Assembly (NCBI GenBank): GCA_030141605.1
Contig: JAQGDQ010000603.1
Location: 67,281 to 131,280 of the forward strand
Direction of reading: 5' to 3'
Source of the DNA: Tubiluchus corallicola
Lineage: Eukaryota; Animalia; Priapulida
DNA: 64,000 bases
Under the pieces are notes generated by a model. That model saw nothing but the letters and a program-made list of their open reading frames with translations, made no database searches and had not been told where the DNA came from. Of this stretch, positions 45,336 to 59,791 are shown piece by piece. Made by a program: the position numbers and the translations under genes. How positions within the stretch are numbered: the stretch's first letter is position 1; each line of letters begins with the position of its first letter.

Positions 45336-45608
45336 ATGAGTTTGCAATTTATCTTTTCATCATCACATTCATCACTATCAACACAACTTTAGTTCAATTT
45401 ACTGAGGTAAATTATCTTTTCTGCTGCATTTTCTACACTTGTACACTTGTACACTTGTAATATCTTCAAAAATCTCTGAACATTGTGAACATTGAAACCT
45501 CAGAACACTACAGTTTATGACACAATGAACAATGACGCTACAATAATAATTCTTTTTTTGCAACAGTGCTGAGCTCTGGTAACACCTGACGAAAAGACAG
45601 AACTTCAG

Positions 45609-48600
45609 ATGGGCAAAACTAAAGGTATGACATATTGCTCATACGTGCCTGAACCACGTAAACCAGCAACTATATATTAAGTTCAAATAATACTATTATA
45701 TGTAGTGATAACAAGAATAGGAAAGTAATAGCATTATAAATGAACATTATTGCAGCGCGCATGCGTGGCGACGAAATAATGGCGCGTTCACACGTAGAGC
45801 CTTATTCTCTCTGAGGGTAACGTTGCGGGAGAAGTTGCGCACCAAGTTGCCAAGCCGTTCACACGTGCAACTTTACTCTCAGAGAGATGTTGTTAAACAA
45901 GTTGCAAACCGTTCACACGTTGCAACTTTACTTCCAGAGGGAAGTTGCGCAACAAGTTGCGAGAAAAGTCTCTACGTCTGAACGCGGCATAACACTATCT
46001 ATGCAATCAAGTGTAGTGAATGATCTTTACGACCCCCCAAAATGTGTAATATACAATTTTGAGTTTATTTACAACCCAAAAAAAAATCATAAATTAAAAT
46101 ATAAGCAACCGTTTTAGAACACTCTCCGACACAAACAGAAAGGGGTTTATCAAGTAGAAAATAGGATGGAAGTAAACGTGCATATCTTACAGTCAGTGCT
46201 TCAGTGGAGATCAGTTTATACAGCAATAAACAGCTTGGCTCTAAAACCAGGTTTTGAAAATCATTTTCCGATAAAGGAAATGGTCTCGGCACCAGTAAAA
46301 TAATTGTAGCGTTATTTGTGTATTTGCTGTTTTGCGTTGCTAGCTGAATATTGTTGTTTCTGGGATGGCAAGACTATTAAGACTCAAGTTAAGAAGCAAC
46401 ACGTTTAGTAAACATTAAGCACGGTAAATATCATAACAGATAGTAATGCCAAACCCCGTGATCTGATCTGCTCTGGTCTGATCTCTGATCTGATCTGCCG
46501 AGGTGCGGGCACGACAAAGCTTTTCTAGGCTATCATGCGCCGGAAGCTTCGATTCTGAATCACTTGGTCACGTGATACCACACCTTAACTGGGCTGCTTG
46601 CCAACATTTCATCAGAATTATTATTTAGCATAATTTAACACTTTTAACACAATTTAACAACTCTTCTTTTACTTCTGTGCGCCCAGTACACTCTAGAGTA
46701 ATGACAGGAGTTTAGTGCATTAAATATAATTACTTGGACAGTGACTTGACTCTCATGTCATAAGTTAAATATTGAGACAGATAGATAGTCTGGGATACCT
46801 AGGAAATAAGAACTTGTCTATGTAATGCAAATCCTCTAGTTGTACAGTCTGAATATCATATGTTATGTATTTGTTCTATGTCTAATGCTATCAGAAACCA
46901 GTGCACTAATCTTAACTTTACTTCCTTATGTGATAATTTTAATTCTAACAATGTCATCGATAGTATAAATGCAGTAGGAAATAATGAAACTATATGGCAC
47001 TTGAATTAATTTTTATCTAAATCAACATTGATTCAAAATTTAGCAATCTGTTCATATCATTTAATCTTACAATTTCTAATCTTAGTCTACAACAAAGTCT
47101 TATAAATTTAGTTCTTCATTTTAGTTGAATGTTATATTTGTCAGACTTTCTATATTTTAACTATCTGACGTGATTTTGTTGTAATCACTTTGTTCATTGT
47201 AAGCCTGCGTTTTTATCTGTGTGAGACATTTTTAACTATCTGACATGATTTTGTTGTAATCACTTCGTTCATTGAAAGCCTGTGTTTTTATCTGTGTGAG
47301 GCATTTTTAACTATCTGACATGATTTTGTGGTAATCACTTCATTCATTGTAAGCCTGTGTTTTTATCTGTGTGAGACATTTTTAACTATCTGACATGATT
47401 TTGTGGTAATCACTTCGTTCATTGTATGCCTGTGTTTTTATCTGTGTGAGACATATTTAACTATCTGACATGATTTTGTGGTAATCACTTCATTCATTGT
47501 AAGCCTGTGTTTTTATCAGTGTGAGACATTTTTAACTATCTGACATGATTTTGTTGTAATCACTTCATTCATTGTAAGCCTGTGTTTTTATCTGTGTGAG
47601 ACATTTTTAACTATCTGACATGATTTTGTTGTAATCACTTCATTCATTGTAAGCCTGTGTTTTTATCTGTATGAGACATTTTTAACTAACTATCTGACAT
47701 GATTCTGTTGTAATCACTTCGTTCATTGTAAGCCTGTGTTTTTATCTCTGTGAGACATTTTCACTATCTGACATGATTTTGTTGTAATCACTTTGTTCAT
47801 TGTAAGCCTGTGTTTTTATCTGTGTGAGACATTTTAACTATCTGACATGATTTTGTTGTAATCACTTCATTCATTGTAAGCCTGTGTTTTTATCTGTGTG
47901 AGACATTTCAACTATCTGATATGATTTTGTTGTAATCACTTCATTCATTGTAAGCCTGTGTTTTTATCTGTGTGAGACATTTCAACTATCTGACATGATT
48001 TTGTTGTAATCACTTCATTCATTGTAAGCCTGTGTTTTTATCTGTGTGATCATTTAGACTCATCGTTACCGATATTGATTTTTAATTTGAACTAACTCTT
48101 TACAACTTTGTATGTGATGTATTATTAATATGCTTTACCCCTGTTAGTCAATGAATTTCAATTCAGTTCTAGTATACATTCATATAATTCCCGTCCGACG
48201 TCTGGTCAAACTCTTGTATTGTGTTCTCAACCGTTCCACCTTGGTTCCACACACTCACAGCAATCACTGCTGGTGCTTATCATAATTTTATAATGCGATA
48301 CAGTTGCCATCTAGTGGCAAAAAATACAGTTTTCTCTCGGACACATCTATGGGAGTCGGAAAATCCAGAAATTCAGTAGTTCGTAGTTAATTACATGTTC
48401 GTCTGCTTGAAGACCCAACGGTCCTGATACTTTCAGTCACTCGAAAATGTGTTATAAGACTTCTATTTTTCTGGAACTGTATTTCTGGAACTATTTTAAC
48501 CTTTATTGTAGTTTCTGGCATTGTGTGGTTACTTACTCTTGGTTGAGGCAGTTTGTGTAAAACTGAAGCAACCTTCTTTGCAGGGTTAGTGAAGAGACTT

Positions 48601-51600
48601 GAAGATGGTGAATTTGTGATCGTCGCTGAGGGATATCTGTTCGAATTTGAACGTCGTGGGTATCTGGCTGCTGGACATTTTGTACCAGAAGTGGTCATTG
48701 AACATCCAAACCTGGTCAAGCAACTGCACCATGAATACGTTCATGCCGGAAGTGACGTCGTTTTGGCCTTTACCGTAAGAAAGAATTTCATGCCTGGCAA
48801 TGTAGAGCTGTCCGTTATAGAATGAAGTAGACAAGTTTAAGAAATAAATTTTTTCCAACGTGTAAAAAGACGCAAGTAAAAATGTCACAGAAAAAAGGTT
48901 TAGGAAGAAATAATTAAACCTAACCCTAACTCTATCCCTGACCCTAAACCTATCCCTATCCCCAGCTGAAAATAATTGCGACTTTTTTCCTGTGACTTTT
49001 TTACCCAAAATTGTGAGTTTTTTCCCTGATCTTTTCCCTATGACCTTATTGCCAGTCACTGTACACGATTGTCGCGCAGTTGTTTTATGCCAAGGTTAAC
49101 AGGTTGTTTGCTTTATAGCAGTAGAACTGACAGGACAAACCTTAGTTTCAAGATATTGACTCGTGATAAACCAGAATTAAGTGGTTCATATGTGGTTTAT
49201 GTAATTTATACATAGTCAGTAATTAACCCAATGACCTAAATGAAGGAGGAAGACGCTAATTTTGACAATTTTTCTGAATATCTCTTCGTCAAGAACCGTA
49301 CCTAACACTTGAAAGTCCTTGTCAGACTTTCTATATTTTAACTATCTGACATGATTTTATTGTAATCACTTCGTTCATTGTAAGCCTGTGTTTTTATCTG
49401 TGTGACCATTTATACTCATCTTTACCGATATTGATTTTTAATTTGAACTAACTCTTTACAATTTTGTATGTGATGTATTATTAATATGCTTTATCCCTGT
49501 TAGACAATGAATTTCAATTCAGTTCTAGTATACATTCATATAATTCCCGTCCGTCGTTTGGTCAAACTCTTGTATTGTGTTCTCAACCGTTCCACACACT
49601 CACAGCAATCACTGCTGTTGCTTATCATAATTTTATGATGCGATATAGTTGACAAGTTTGACAATTTTTCTCAATATCTCACTTGAAAGCCCTGAACCAT
49701 AACCAACAGCTCTGCTATTTCAGTATTATGCGCACAGAGAGAAACTGAGATTCATAGGAAAGGAGCACGAATTGGAAACTTTAAACAGAGCAGCTCTACG
49801 AATTGCACGTGAAGTTGCTGATGAGACTGGAACACTGATGGCGGGAAACATTTGCAACACGACCATTTACAAGCTTCCGCCGGACGAAGAAATAAGAGAG
49901 GAAACGAGGAGAATGTTCACCGTAAGAACCACTTATTTTTACAAAACGTAAAAAGAAGATTTTTATTGGTTTTTAACCCACTCCAGGGCTGTCTCAACGC
50001 GTGGGTACGCTGGGCAGTTGCCCGGGGGCCATACTAGCTTAGGGGCCCATTATTGCTAATCTGTTTTAAAGCCTCATGTTATATTGTTCAAACGCTTTTG
50101 TTAATTAAACCTTACTGAATTTGTTGTAAGTACCAGTACATTAAATACATGTTTAATTTTATGGACCATTTTCATTTATATTCCCTTCCCTATGATCGGA
50201 AGTGGCTGTGAAGATAAAGCCTCGGCGCACTCTTTTGCCCGGGGGCCTTAATGCTGTCAAGGCGGCCCATACCCGGGCTGCCATTGAAAGATTTCTGTTC
50301 CAGTTATTAATACTAATTTTATCTGAAAACGCCAAAATTGTAGGGTTCACACAAGCAGTCGACACTCAGACAACAAAAAATTGGGCAACCGTAACGAATA
50401 ACTTGGCAAAATTGGTATATATTCTTGATAAGGCTTGATAGAAAGGTGGTAACATCGTTAATTTCTCATGTTTTTGACAGTCAAACCGACAAGCTGATGA
50501 CAGAAAAACAGATAGACAGACGTGTAAATGAATAGACAGTTAGAAAAGCGAACAGACAGGCAGATCAACTGACTAATTAAGTGAATAACCAATCAGATGT
50601 TCAGCATATCGGTTATCGTGCTAATCGTTCTGTATTTAGGAACAAGTCTCCTGGGCTGTAGAAGAAGGTGCAGATTTTGTTGTCATGGAAACAACGAGTT
50701 ACCTTGATGAAGCCATGATTGCACTAGAAGTCATCAAGTCATTTGGTAAAGTGACGTAATATTTGTTTGAAAGGAAACTTGAACTTTTAAGTTCCATCTG
50801 TATTTTATCTTCTCGGAATGTTCTGTGAGATTGAAATTTTAAACTAATTTTAAGAGAAATTTTAACTAATGTATTTTAATTATTTTAGTGTCTTTAATAT
50901 TCGGTGTATCTTGATAATTCTAGTTTTGATCTGCACTTGTTAGTCAATTTCTATCTATTGAAATTTGAATACAGAATAACAATTTTACAACTCTTATTAG
51001 TTAATAAACGGACACGACGATACGAAACAATGAGATATTAAAAAAGAATAAACAAATATATTTATTTATTTAAAAAAAGAGAACAATGTAAATGTTAGCT
51101 GAGTTTTTTGAGCTATGTACAGAACCTATAGAAGCTATGGTGTTTATAAGCCGATCTTTTCTAAAGCACTTAATTATTTCCTAAGTAGTTTGTGAACTTA
51201 AAGCTGAAATTTAGTAATTTGACTAATTTCGTTTTTTTCAGTTTTGTAAAAATGTCTTTTGACAGTATATTTTATTTCAATTGTATGTAACAGACACGTC
51301 AACTTCCTGATATTGATGCAAACTAATGCATTTTTGCAACAACATGCTTACAAGCTTTGCTTCTTGACCACCATGCAGCATCTATTTCTTGTTGACAAAC
51401 TATTATGTAGTTTAGTAACTATGTTAGTACACTGATGTTAAATTTTTGTAATTATATTTTGAATTTTTTCCCTAACTATATCATGCTATAGTATACTAAT
51501 GTAGTTCTGTTACAATTATTGTAACTATATTTCATTTTCTACTTATAGAGCATAATAGTTAAAGATAATAATGCAAATTGTAATGTAAAAATACATGCTG

Positions 51601-54337
51601 AAGTGATAGTAAATTACAAATTACAAATTACAACAATAATTATTAAATTTTTATATTTTGCTGTTGTCGTATTTTACTATTTTCAAAGGTGTGCCAGCGG
51701 TCGTCACTCTATCGTCACACTTACCCAACGGCACGCTAGATGGCGCCACGTATGCTGAAGCGTTCCACAAATTAAGAGAAGCCGGGGCAGACGTAGTGGG
51801 CTTGAACTGCAGTCGTGGGCCCGAGACGATGATGCCTGTTTTGGTAGAAGCACGAAAGAAGTTTGAGGTTTGTAGTTTGCAGGAGTTTGTGTGTGGTTGG
51901 TGCACGGAACTCTTTAGCGATGTGAGAAAACACGAACAAAATAAGTTGAGAAACTACAGAACATTTAAAACTCAATACAAAATGGAAAAAACTACTAAAT
52001 CTTGTTGTCCAAACTTAACAAATACTTAATGACAAAATTTAATAAACTTAGAATAAATTCTGGTAAATTGTACATTTTAATAACAAAATTCAATAAACTT
52101 AGAATAAATTCTCATAAATTGTACATTGAAACTGGCCGTTATCACAAATCTAAAAAATATCCGAGCCGAGAATTTGTTGTGGAGATCGCTGGCATCTATT
52201 AGAATTAAATAGAACATTGTAGAATGTTCCATTAGAATAATCGTCTTACCTTGTAGAATGTTCTAGAAAGGAACGTCTAGAATGTTTCCCTGGCACCCTA
52301 TATAAGGCGAAGCAGCCCACTGAGACACGCACACGCAGATTCACACGGACGCCACTTACACATTCTCTTGTATACTTGCATTTTCAGATACACTTAAACG
52401 TTTTCCAGATTTTCACGTTTAGTGTAATCATTTCGTGCTCCTTCATACTTTTGTGTTGTAGAATTCTCGCTTAATAAACTAGTTTAATTTGATGAAGTGT
52501 TTTCTTGTTTTCTCTACGAGCCTTCCGAGAGAAACAAAACACTACAGAATTGAAAATGTCAATATTTTGCGTAAAGTCTGAAATAGAGGATAAACTTTAT
52601 GTTACTTTGTACTTTACATGACGACTTGAGACCTAACTTATATAAAAAACTGAAACTGTTTAACCCTACATTTGCTGTTATACCTGAACAAGAGAAATTT
52701 AAATTTCTAGGTCAGAATGACTTAGATGTTCTTAAAATTATAATCAACTACGTATATAATGCAACTGAATTACATTACAGTATTAACATTTGAATAGATT
52801 TAAAAAAAATCATACTCGCGCCTCTAATACGAAAATATTGTAAATAGATTATTAAAAAAAACTAATGCTTTCTTAAAATTAACATGTCTTATAAACTGTT
52901 CAATACAACTAAATTAATGTTTCTTGATTAGAGAAACTGTCGTCTGGTCTGTAGTAATAGTATTTTTTGTTTTTCTCACATTTTTTGATGTAATTTTTTT
53001 GGGGGGAGTCGTGCAATAAACTGATCTACCCACCAACATTTCGATACACAAAGTGCTGAGCCAGTTTGACTTACAAAGCTGACCTGCAGGATTAATGTCA
53101 GTGATGAAATTTTAGAAACCAAAATTTTAGAAACCGAAAGAAAAGAAATGTGAAAGATATGTATGAGCTTGGACTTGGGCTTGAATTACGACATGTTCCT
53201 GGTTCAAATTTTTCTATTCTTACAAAGCAACAAATTTAGATCAAGCTGTGCCTACCTGTCACAACAATAAGTTTTTAGTTGAATTAGATTTTAAATACCT
53301 TTGATTTCATACAAAAAATATAAATATTTCGTCTTACTTGATACGCACATTAATATTTCTTTTTACTTGATACGCACATTAATATTTCGTCTTAATTGAT
53401 ACGCACATTAATATTTCGTCTTAATTGATACGCACATTATTAATATTCCGTCTTACTTGATACGCACACGCCCATTTACGGCTGCTAAACTAAATTTGTG
53501 CGTAGAATTTAAGAATACTTCTCTTCTTTCTGGTTTTAGGCTATGTGTAAGATTTCTAAATGGCGCATAAAGTAACATCTTTACCTAGTTAGTCTGATGC
53601 CAAAGTTTTCACCTGTTTTCATTATTACAGGGGCCGCTAGCAGCTTTACCTGTACCTTATAGAACTGATAGTGAACGCTATACCATGCAACAATTGAGAG
53701 ACAAAAATGGTAATTTCTCCGTATTAAAACGAAATCATTAGATTATTAATGACAGAAATTTTGCTATATTAAGAATCTCATTTATTTAGTTGGAGAATGG
53801 AGTATTTGACGTTACCTTTTCAAATGATTTTAAAATTGTATGACAAATAGGCAGCCGCTGCCAATCTTAGTAGGTTCACAGAGCCGCGCGTAGCTTTGAA
53901 AGTTTAACGAACTTTGAGTATCCGAGGTAATTATTATTTAGTCCAAGCTTTGATTTAAAAAAAGCTATTGCAGTTTTCAATATTTTAGAGCCTTCTTTAT
54001 TCTGAACTCGTGTTTACACAATCATCCGGTTTTCCTTCAATTTTTTGCAGGCAAGCGGTCGTTCCCAGAACTAGAAGCACACCTGTGTTCACGGTCCGAC
54101 ATTGCCGACTTTGCGCAACAATGCAAGGAGAACAACATCCAATACGTTGGACTGTGTTGTGGAAACATGGCCTGCTACATGAGAAAGCTGGCAGAGACTC
54201 TAGGGAGGCGTCCACCTGCTAGCAAATACTCCCCAGACCTGAGCCAGCATTACGCATTTGCAGATAGTAAAGTTAACCCTAAGACCAGGGAATACCATAC
54301 TGAAGTCATGGCTCGACAGGTTGGCTGGAAAGATTAG
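45609..54337 (+). CDS. BHMT: BHMT-like gene, copy 4 (about 351 aa, most divergent)
   Basis: Exons 45609-45624 (MGKTK; least certain), 48584-48774, 49724-49921, 50640-50745, 51689-51867, 53631-53709 and 54051-54337. Exon sizes and phases match the other copies; GLNCSRGP and GLCCGN are intact. Confidence 0.9.
45780..45989. mobile_element. PIF/Harbinger-type MITE
   Basis: TIRs tggcgcgttcacacgtagag and ctctacgtctgaacgcggca, flanked by TAA on both sides. Confidence 0.8.
47159..48048. repeat. 75-bp tandem repeat (about 12 units) inside a dispersed element
   Basis: Unit aactatctgacatgattttgttgtaatcacttcattcattgtaagcctgtgtttttatctgtgtgagacattttt. A one-unit copy with the same flanks is at about 49320-49650, and an inverted partial copy is at 61796-62289. 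Confidence 0.92.
49984..50270. mobile_element. Degenerate hAT-like MITE
   Basis: Ends cagggctgtctcaac and gtcaaggcggccc, with internal tgcccgggggcc repeats. The TSD is not clear. Confidence 0.5.
52025..52800 (+). mobile_element. Non-LTR retrotransposon 3' fragment interrupted by a solo LTR
   Basis: [16 protein letters not shown] before the LTR, and IED...LCTLHDDLR...EKFKFL after it. Confidence 0.65.
52175..52546 (+). mobile_element. Solo LTR (372 bp)
   Basis: TGT...ACA ends, a 5-bp TSD gaatt (52170-52174 and 52547-52551), TATATAA at about 52299 and AATAAA at about 52473. Confidence 0.85.
53322..53468. repeat. About 29-bp minisatellite, about 5 units
   Basis: Unit approximately taatatttcgtcttaattgatacgcacat. 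Confidence 0.8.
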
Positions 54338-57300
54338 GTTCATAGAACAGCATAGTCAAATCAAGAGTCAAGAATGATTTCAAAACTTAGGGAACTAATA
54401 GTTATTTGTTATGTATTTGAGCAAGACTTTTTAGTTATATAAGTTTTTTCAAACTTAGCAGCAACAACGAAAGTACCAGACTGACGTGTTATAATCACAC
54501 AGCTAAAAAAGTATATAGTAGTGTAGTTTATTAACGTGCAATGCAATGCTGTTATTTTGTTATGCTTGATTTTAGGCACAGAGAAGTATGGATAGGAACC
54601 AAAATTCTATGATAAATATTTGCACTGCACACAACAGAAAAGTGTTTATTGAACTATAGAAAACATGAGTAGCAAAACTGCTGCACTGAACATTGAGCAA
54701 AAACTAGAAAGCAAAAACAGTCAGTAAAACCTGTTTCACAGTCAGTATACAGGTATAGAACTTGACCTATGCAACTTGCACGGGCTTCACAACAACCATT
54801 AATTTTAGATAGGTAGAGGACCAGTGTGTATGTAGTCACTGGACCATACAGTTATTTACAAGATTAGCACATAGATGGCAGCACCTAACTACGATGTACA
54901 ATACCAACTTCCACAAATGCAATATACAACGTGTAGATAGGCAAACGCACATTATACAAAAACATCCCAACACTACCAGGGTGTAATCGTCGCGTTGAAA
55001 CAGCAAAGGTTAAACTATTAAAAATTCGCATATTTAATCAACTTTAACTATAAAGTCATTAGTTAGATAATTTAATTCAGCATCAGGATTCTGCTTATCG
55101 ATGTCATTTATTTAACCATCAGTTACTTGGGCATTTTCATTTTCAGCATTTAGTTACTCTATCTGCCAACTACTCATAGCGAGCTTGTATTTACTCCTTT
55201 TGAGCTTTTGGTTACTGAATGTGAGTATATGAGTATCAACTTGCACATGCCGAACATTATATTACTCAACTTTAGTGTGAGTTTTTAACTCTGAGTTCTG
55301 ATTTAAGTTAACGAATGTGAGTATCGAATAAGTTAAAATTGAGTACCACCAAGTTACTCATTTAGAATTTTTGAAGCACTCAGTCTGAGAAACAAGCTAC
55401 TCACTTTGATCGTAAACTTACTATCTATGACCGTCCTGTTACTCAACCTGAAATACTGAATTTTGGCATGAAGTCAAACATTTGGGCAATCACTTTACAT
55501 ACGAAAATAAAATAGCAGTTTCTGACTACATTTTAGTACTAGTCCACATAGTCTAAATACTGAGTAGTGAGAATAACAGCATAATATAGCAGCAATTTAA
55601 CTGCATAAATTGACCCTACATGACCGCCTAAAAATTTCTTCATCTTGTCAATTTAAAGATTTTTTTCTGCACGTGAGACAGCATTCTTCTGACGTGATAA
55701 AAGCATTATTTGACTACCTGGTTACCAATTTTATAGCACTGTTATGGTATAATAAAATCTTTAAACACATTAACACTGGAAGCTCACCATAAAGGTCACC
55801 CTATTGGTGTCAAGCAAAAGTCATTCACTTTCTGTAGAAATAACCTGCAGTAGAAATGACCATTACCTGTAGCAACCTGCAACCTGCAACACCAACCTTA
55901 CTTTAGCACCCTGTGGCATGTTTTTTAATCCAGATTGCCTAATCCAGATTGTGGTTGAGAAAAGTCAAACGATTTCAGCCTGATTTATTTAAGATTTCCC
56001 AACAAACATGAATGTTTAATCAACACAAGTGTTCCATGGTGTTACAGCTGAATACCTGTAGTTGATATCAAGGCCATCAAGTTTACCAGGAAATGATTTT
56101 ATACCTGACACGGTCTGCACGTTTATAATCTGTCATTATAGTTGATAGATTATAGCTTTTAAATCATTCTGTTCACAGAACGTGAGGGAGAAAGTCGTTT
56201 GTTGCTACTACAATTGCAGTTTTTGAAAAGTGTAACTTTACTGATTTTGTGTTGCGTATTACAAGTGAATCTTTTGTTGTTACAAATTGTTTACGAGTTC
56301 TTCACAGAAAAGGTAATCGCACAAATAAGATTAAAAACACGAGAAAACTCGATGAGAGCAAAAGGAACCTTTACTGCAAAACGAAAATTTCAAGTTGTTA
56401 GAGCAATACCAGCACCACAAGATCAGCGTAAACATAAAATTGATTATTACTATGAAATTTTGTTGAAAATAGATTTTTTATATGGCTAAAGTTACCTAAA
56501 ATAAGTGGTTGATTCGTGTTTTTTGAGAAACCTTCCCATTTTTTCGTTACGCATTTCTACCAATTTTAGATGTTTATAGTTTGTATTAGAAAATAAAAGA
56601 CTTGTTTCGATTTGATTTGACAGAAAATGACACACTGATGCATAATAAGTAAGTAATCGTAATTCTAGTAGCTTGTCCCGAAGTCTGCAGTTTTAAGTGT
56701 TGATGACTAGTTAAGTCATTTAAGTCATTTTTTTCACATTACACATTTACAATAGTTTCATATACAATATATAGTGAAAGGGCCTACAATGAACATAATA
56801 CAAATAAGTTTTTATTGTTTCTGCACAGGAAAAGCCTCACACACTGTTCACCTATATACGAAGGTAAATGTGTTGCGGGCAATGAAAAAGCAGGGCTTGC
56901 TAGATTGTCCCACACTGTGAAAGAAAAAAAAGTAATGGAAATAATCTGAAAATTTAAAGTGAATCGTATGATAAAAAACATTTAGTGCTTCAGAATGGAA
57001 TGATGTAATGAATGAAGCTCACATATGAGATGATATAAAAGATAGAAAGACTATTATTTGTTAATAGTATGTAAAATTAAGGTAACTTGATTAAGATACC
57101 TGAACTGTTTTGCCACCACTGTGAGGATGGATACTGATAGAAGTTTTGATTACTCACTGATACTTACTTAAACTTTGATTTAAGTAAACCGTAATATTTT
57201 GTGGTAAACATAGCATAGTACCTGTGTCCTATTTATGCTATTTGCATCATCACAATACTTGCTAATATTAGCATTTTTGACAACATGTATCATACTTGCA

Positions 57301-57679
57301 AGATATTATCGTCTTTTAATGAGATATTCACACTGACCACTTTACTGACCCCCTAACTAAATTACCTCTCTTTGTTTTTCTGCTAGTATAACCCCTTTTC
57401 CATTTTCTTTGCTTTCTAGAATTTGATTTTTTAGCATTTTTTTAAATCTAGTAATAGATATGCTCTTTTTTGTGGATTGACAAGTTCTATTGTTATTCAT
57501 TGTGTCTCTGTTTACACTTTTGATCTGTTTACATTGTAAGCCCATTAAACATGAAACAAACATTACGCTAATAAATTTGATGCAATTTTTAGTAAGCGAA
57601 CGTGGCTAGCACTATTACGGATACTCTGCTGGTTTGTGGGCAAATAACACAAGAGGAAGCAGATATATTTGCCAACACG

Positions 57680-57770
57680 CGCCACCAATTAGATTTTGCT
57701 TCAAACTAGCCAAGTTATAGTCTGTACCACATGGGCGGAAACTTTTAATAACATCATTCACGTCACAGAA
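57680..57770 (+). promoter_or_regulatory. Candidate proximal promoter of the claudin-like gene
   Basis: CCAAT (about 57686), a GC box gggcgg (about 57733) and a CRE-like cacgtca (about 57759) cluster 200-280 bp upstream of the ATG. Confidence 0.4.
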
Positions 57771-57959
57771 TCCGTGGTACTGATGCTGCAGCAGCGGAGT
57801 TTTGAGATGCTAAAAATAGTAGCGTTTAAGCTTTGCCGAGTGTTGCGCTGGTATGCATAACTGTGTTGTGTAATGGTGGCTGTGCTAAATCAAAGTTGAA
57901 CTTTTTAATTTCAATTTAATTTCGAGTAACCGAGCGGCACCTCGCGTGAAACGGTCAAG

Positions 57960-58194
57960 ATGATGCCGAAATCGTTGATTTTGTTAACCCTAGCGGTAGC
58001 CGTGACTCTCATCATGGAACTAATAGGATTTGCATTGAACACGTGGGTCCTGGGTGATGTGTTTAATCCAACTAATAAGGACCTGTCCGAGGTTTGGGCC
58101 GGATTATGGAAAATCTGCACTAAAGATTTTTGCTCCCGACTGTACGAGGACCCGACGGGAAAGCAAACTCCAGTGTTGCCAACAAGCCCTCCCG
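57960..58194 (+). CDS. First coding exon of a claudin/PMP22/EMP superfamily membrane protein (3'-partial)
   Basis: N-terminal hydrophobic helix followed by the W...GLW..C....C signature (NTWVLG...WAGLWKICTKDFC). Phase-1 donor G/gtaagt at 58195. No later exon was identified in the window. Confidence 0.82.
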
Positions 58195-58630
58195 GTAAGT
58201 ACCTCTTTTTATACATTTTTGCACTCTGGAAGTACCGGAACCCATTTTATAACAAGGATAACTGTCGAAAGCACATTTCCGAAATTAAGCCATTATTTAA
58301 CATTTTACTGCATTAAATCATGTAAATGTTTTAAGTCAAGGTCAAATGAAATTACTTAACCTTTCTTACTGTATGAAGTATTGTAAAATGTATTCAGACT
58401 TTGATTAAAGCCAATTCGCGGTCCATTAAATCAGCAGTGACCTAGAAAATTAACTCACGAAATGGGATTGTATAAACAGGTTCAGGAAGTATTTCCCTGG
58501 GAAAACCATTTGATGGTTGATGCTGTAAAGGTGTTTGATGCAGTAAATGATGCAGTTTGATGCATCAAACACCTTATGATGCAGCAAGGAGCCTACAACT
58601 AGTTTTCCAAATTTTATATTGTGCATAGAT

Positions 58631-58874
58631 CAGTGGTTCCCAAACTTTCTCGGACCGTTACCCAAATCGGGAAACCCGGTCGTGTCCATTACCCCCCACC
58701 TAGTACTACTTCTCCAACTCAAAAAGTAAACACACTTCTCTTCAAGAAGAAAACTACGTAAAATGCATTCCGAGCGAAGTTTTAAAAATTTTCAGAGGGG
58801 TGCCCGTTACCCCCCCCCCCCCCAAAACCATATTACCCCCGGGGGGTAATTTACCCCTACTTTGGGAACCACTG
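58631..58874. mobile_element. hAT-type MITE
   Basis: TIRs cagtggttcccaaa and tttgggaaccactg, with a perfect 8-bp TSD gcatagat. Confidence 0.93.
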
Positions 58875-59791
58875 GCATAGATAGACTAATACATTAAGCA
58901 TGTTATTTCTTTGAGGGTAAATGTACTAACCCATTATGTCACACGTCTAACCCATGTAAATATAATTCTAATAGTTATTGTCTATCACGATGTTTTAATT
59001 CGTTGTTGATTGGTCTTATTTTTACAGCTAAGAACCAATATGTCGATCTACAGCAACACTAAACCTTAAATTTATTCTTTTCTAGTTTCTGTACTAAACA
59101 TTCCTGACATTATTTTTAGAAAAAGCAAAAAAGCGTTTTCAGTTCAATTTCTTTTACTTTATTATGAAATCAAAATACAGCAATCAAAAAAGTTCTCGAC
59201 AATAATTCTCTAAGATGAGTTACTGAACCAACAAGTGTGTCCTACCCACATCTGTCATTAAGAATGTGGATGATGATGATGATAAATCTTTTATTACGCC
59301 TTATTTATTATTATTTATCATTCTATCTTATTATCTATTATTTATTTAGCATTCATTCACACCTACATTCATGTTGAGTGACAGAACGTTTCTCACAGAA
59401 CTTGTTATTCATTCGATCAAGGATAATTGTGAAAAAAGCAAATTTAACGGTTTAAAAGCCAAAAATTTTCGCGTTGGAAAACAATTGCTAACATGGTGGA
59501 AAAGCTTTGAGAAATGACTTTGTCATGCATAGGGCATCAGGCCTTTTTCAAGACTGAAACCATCCTGGTTTTCTCTGCTCGTATATTCTCTATAAACATC
59601 TCAGCATGGGCGTACCACTGTTTATGTAATACAGCAAGCAATCAAAATAAGATTTTAATCGCGCGTGGTTATGTGCATTGGAAATTAAATGTTATACAGC
59701 CTGAACTGAACCACATTAAACAGTAATAGTCTTACGTGTATAACAGCTGTAGAAAATATTCACACTGTTTAGATTTTAAGTTTGCAAACTC

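Noticed and set aside
44571-45460. SL/RE-repeat ORFs of 270 aa
   Set aside because: Artefacts of the (CT)n tract.
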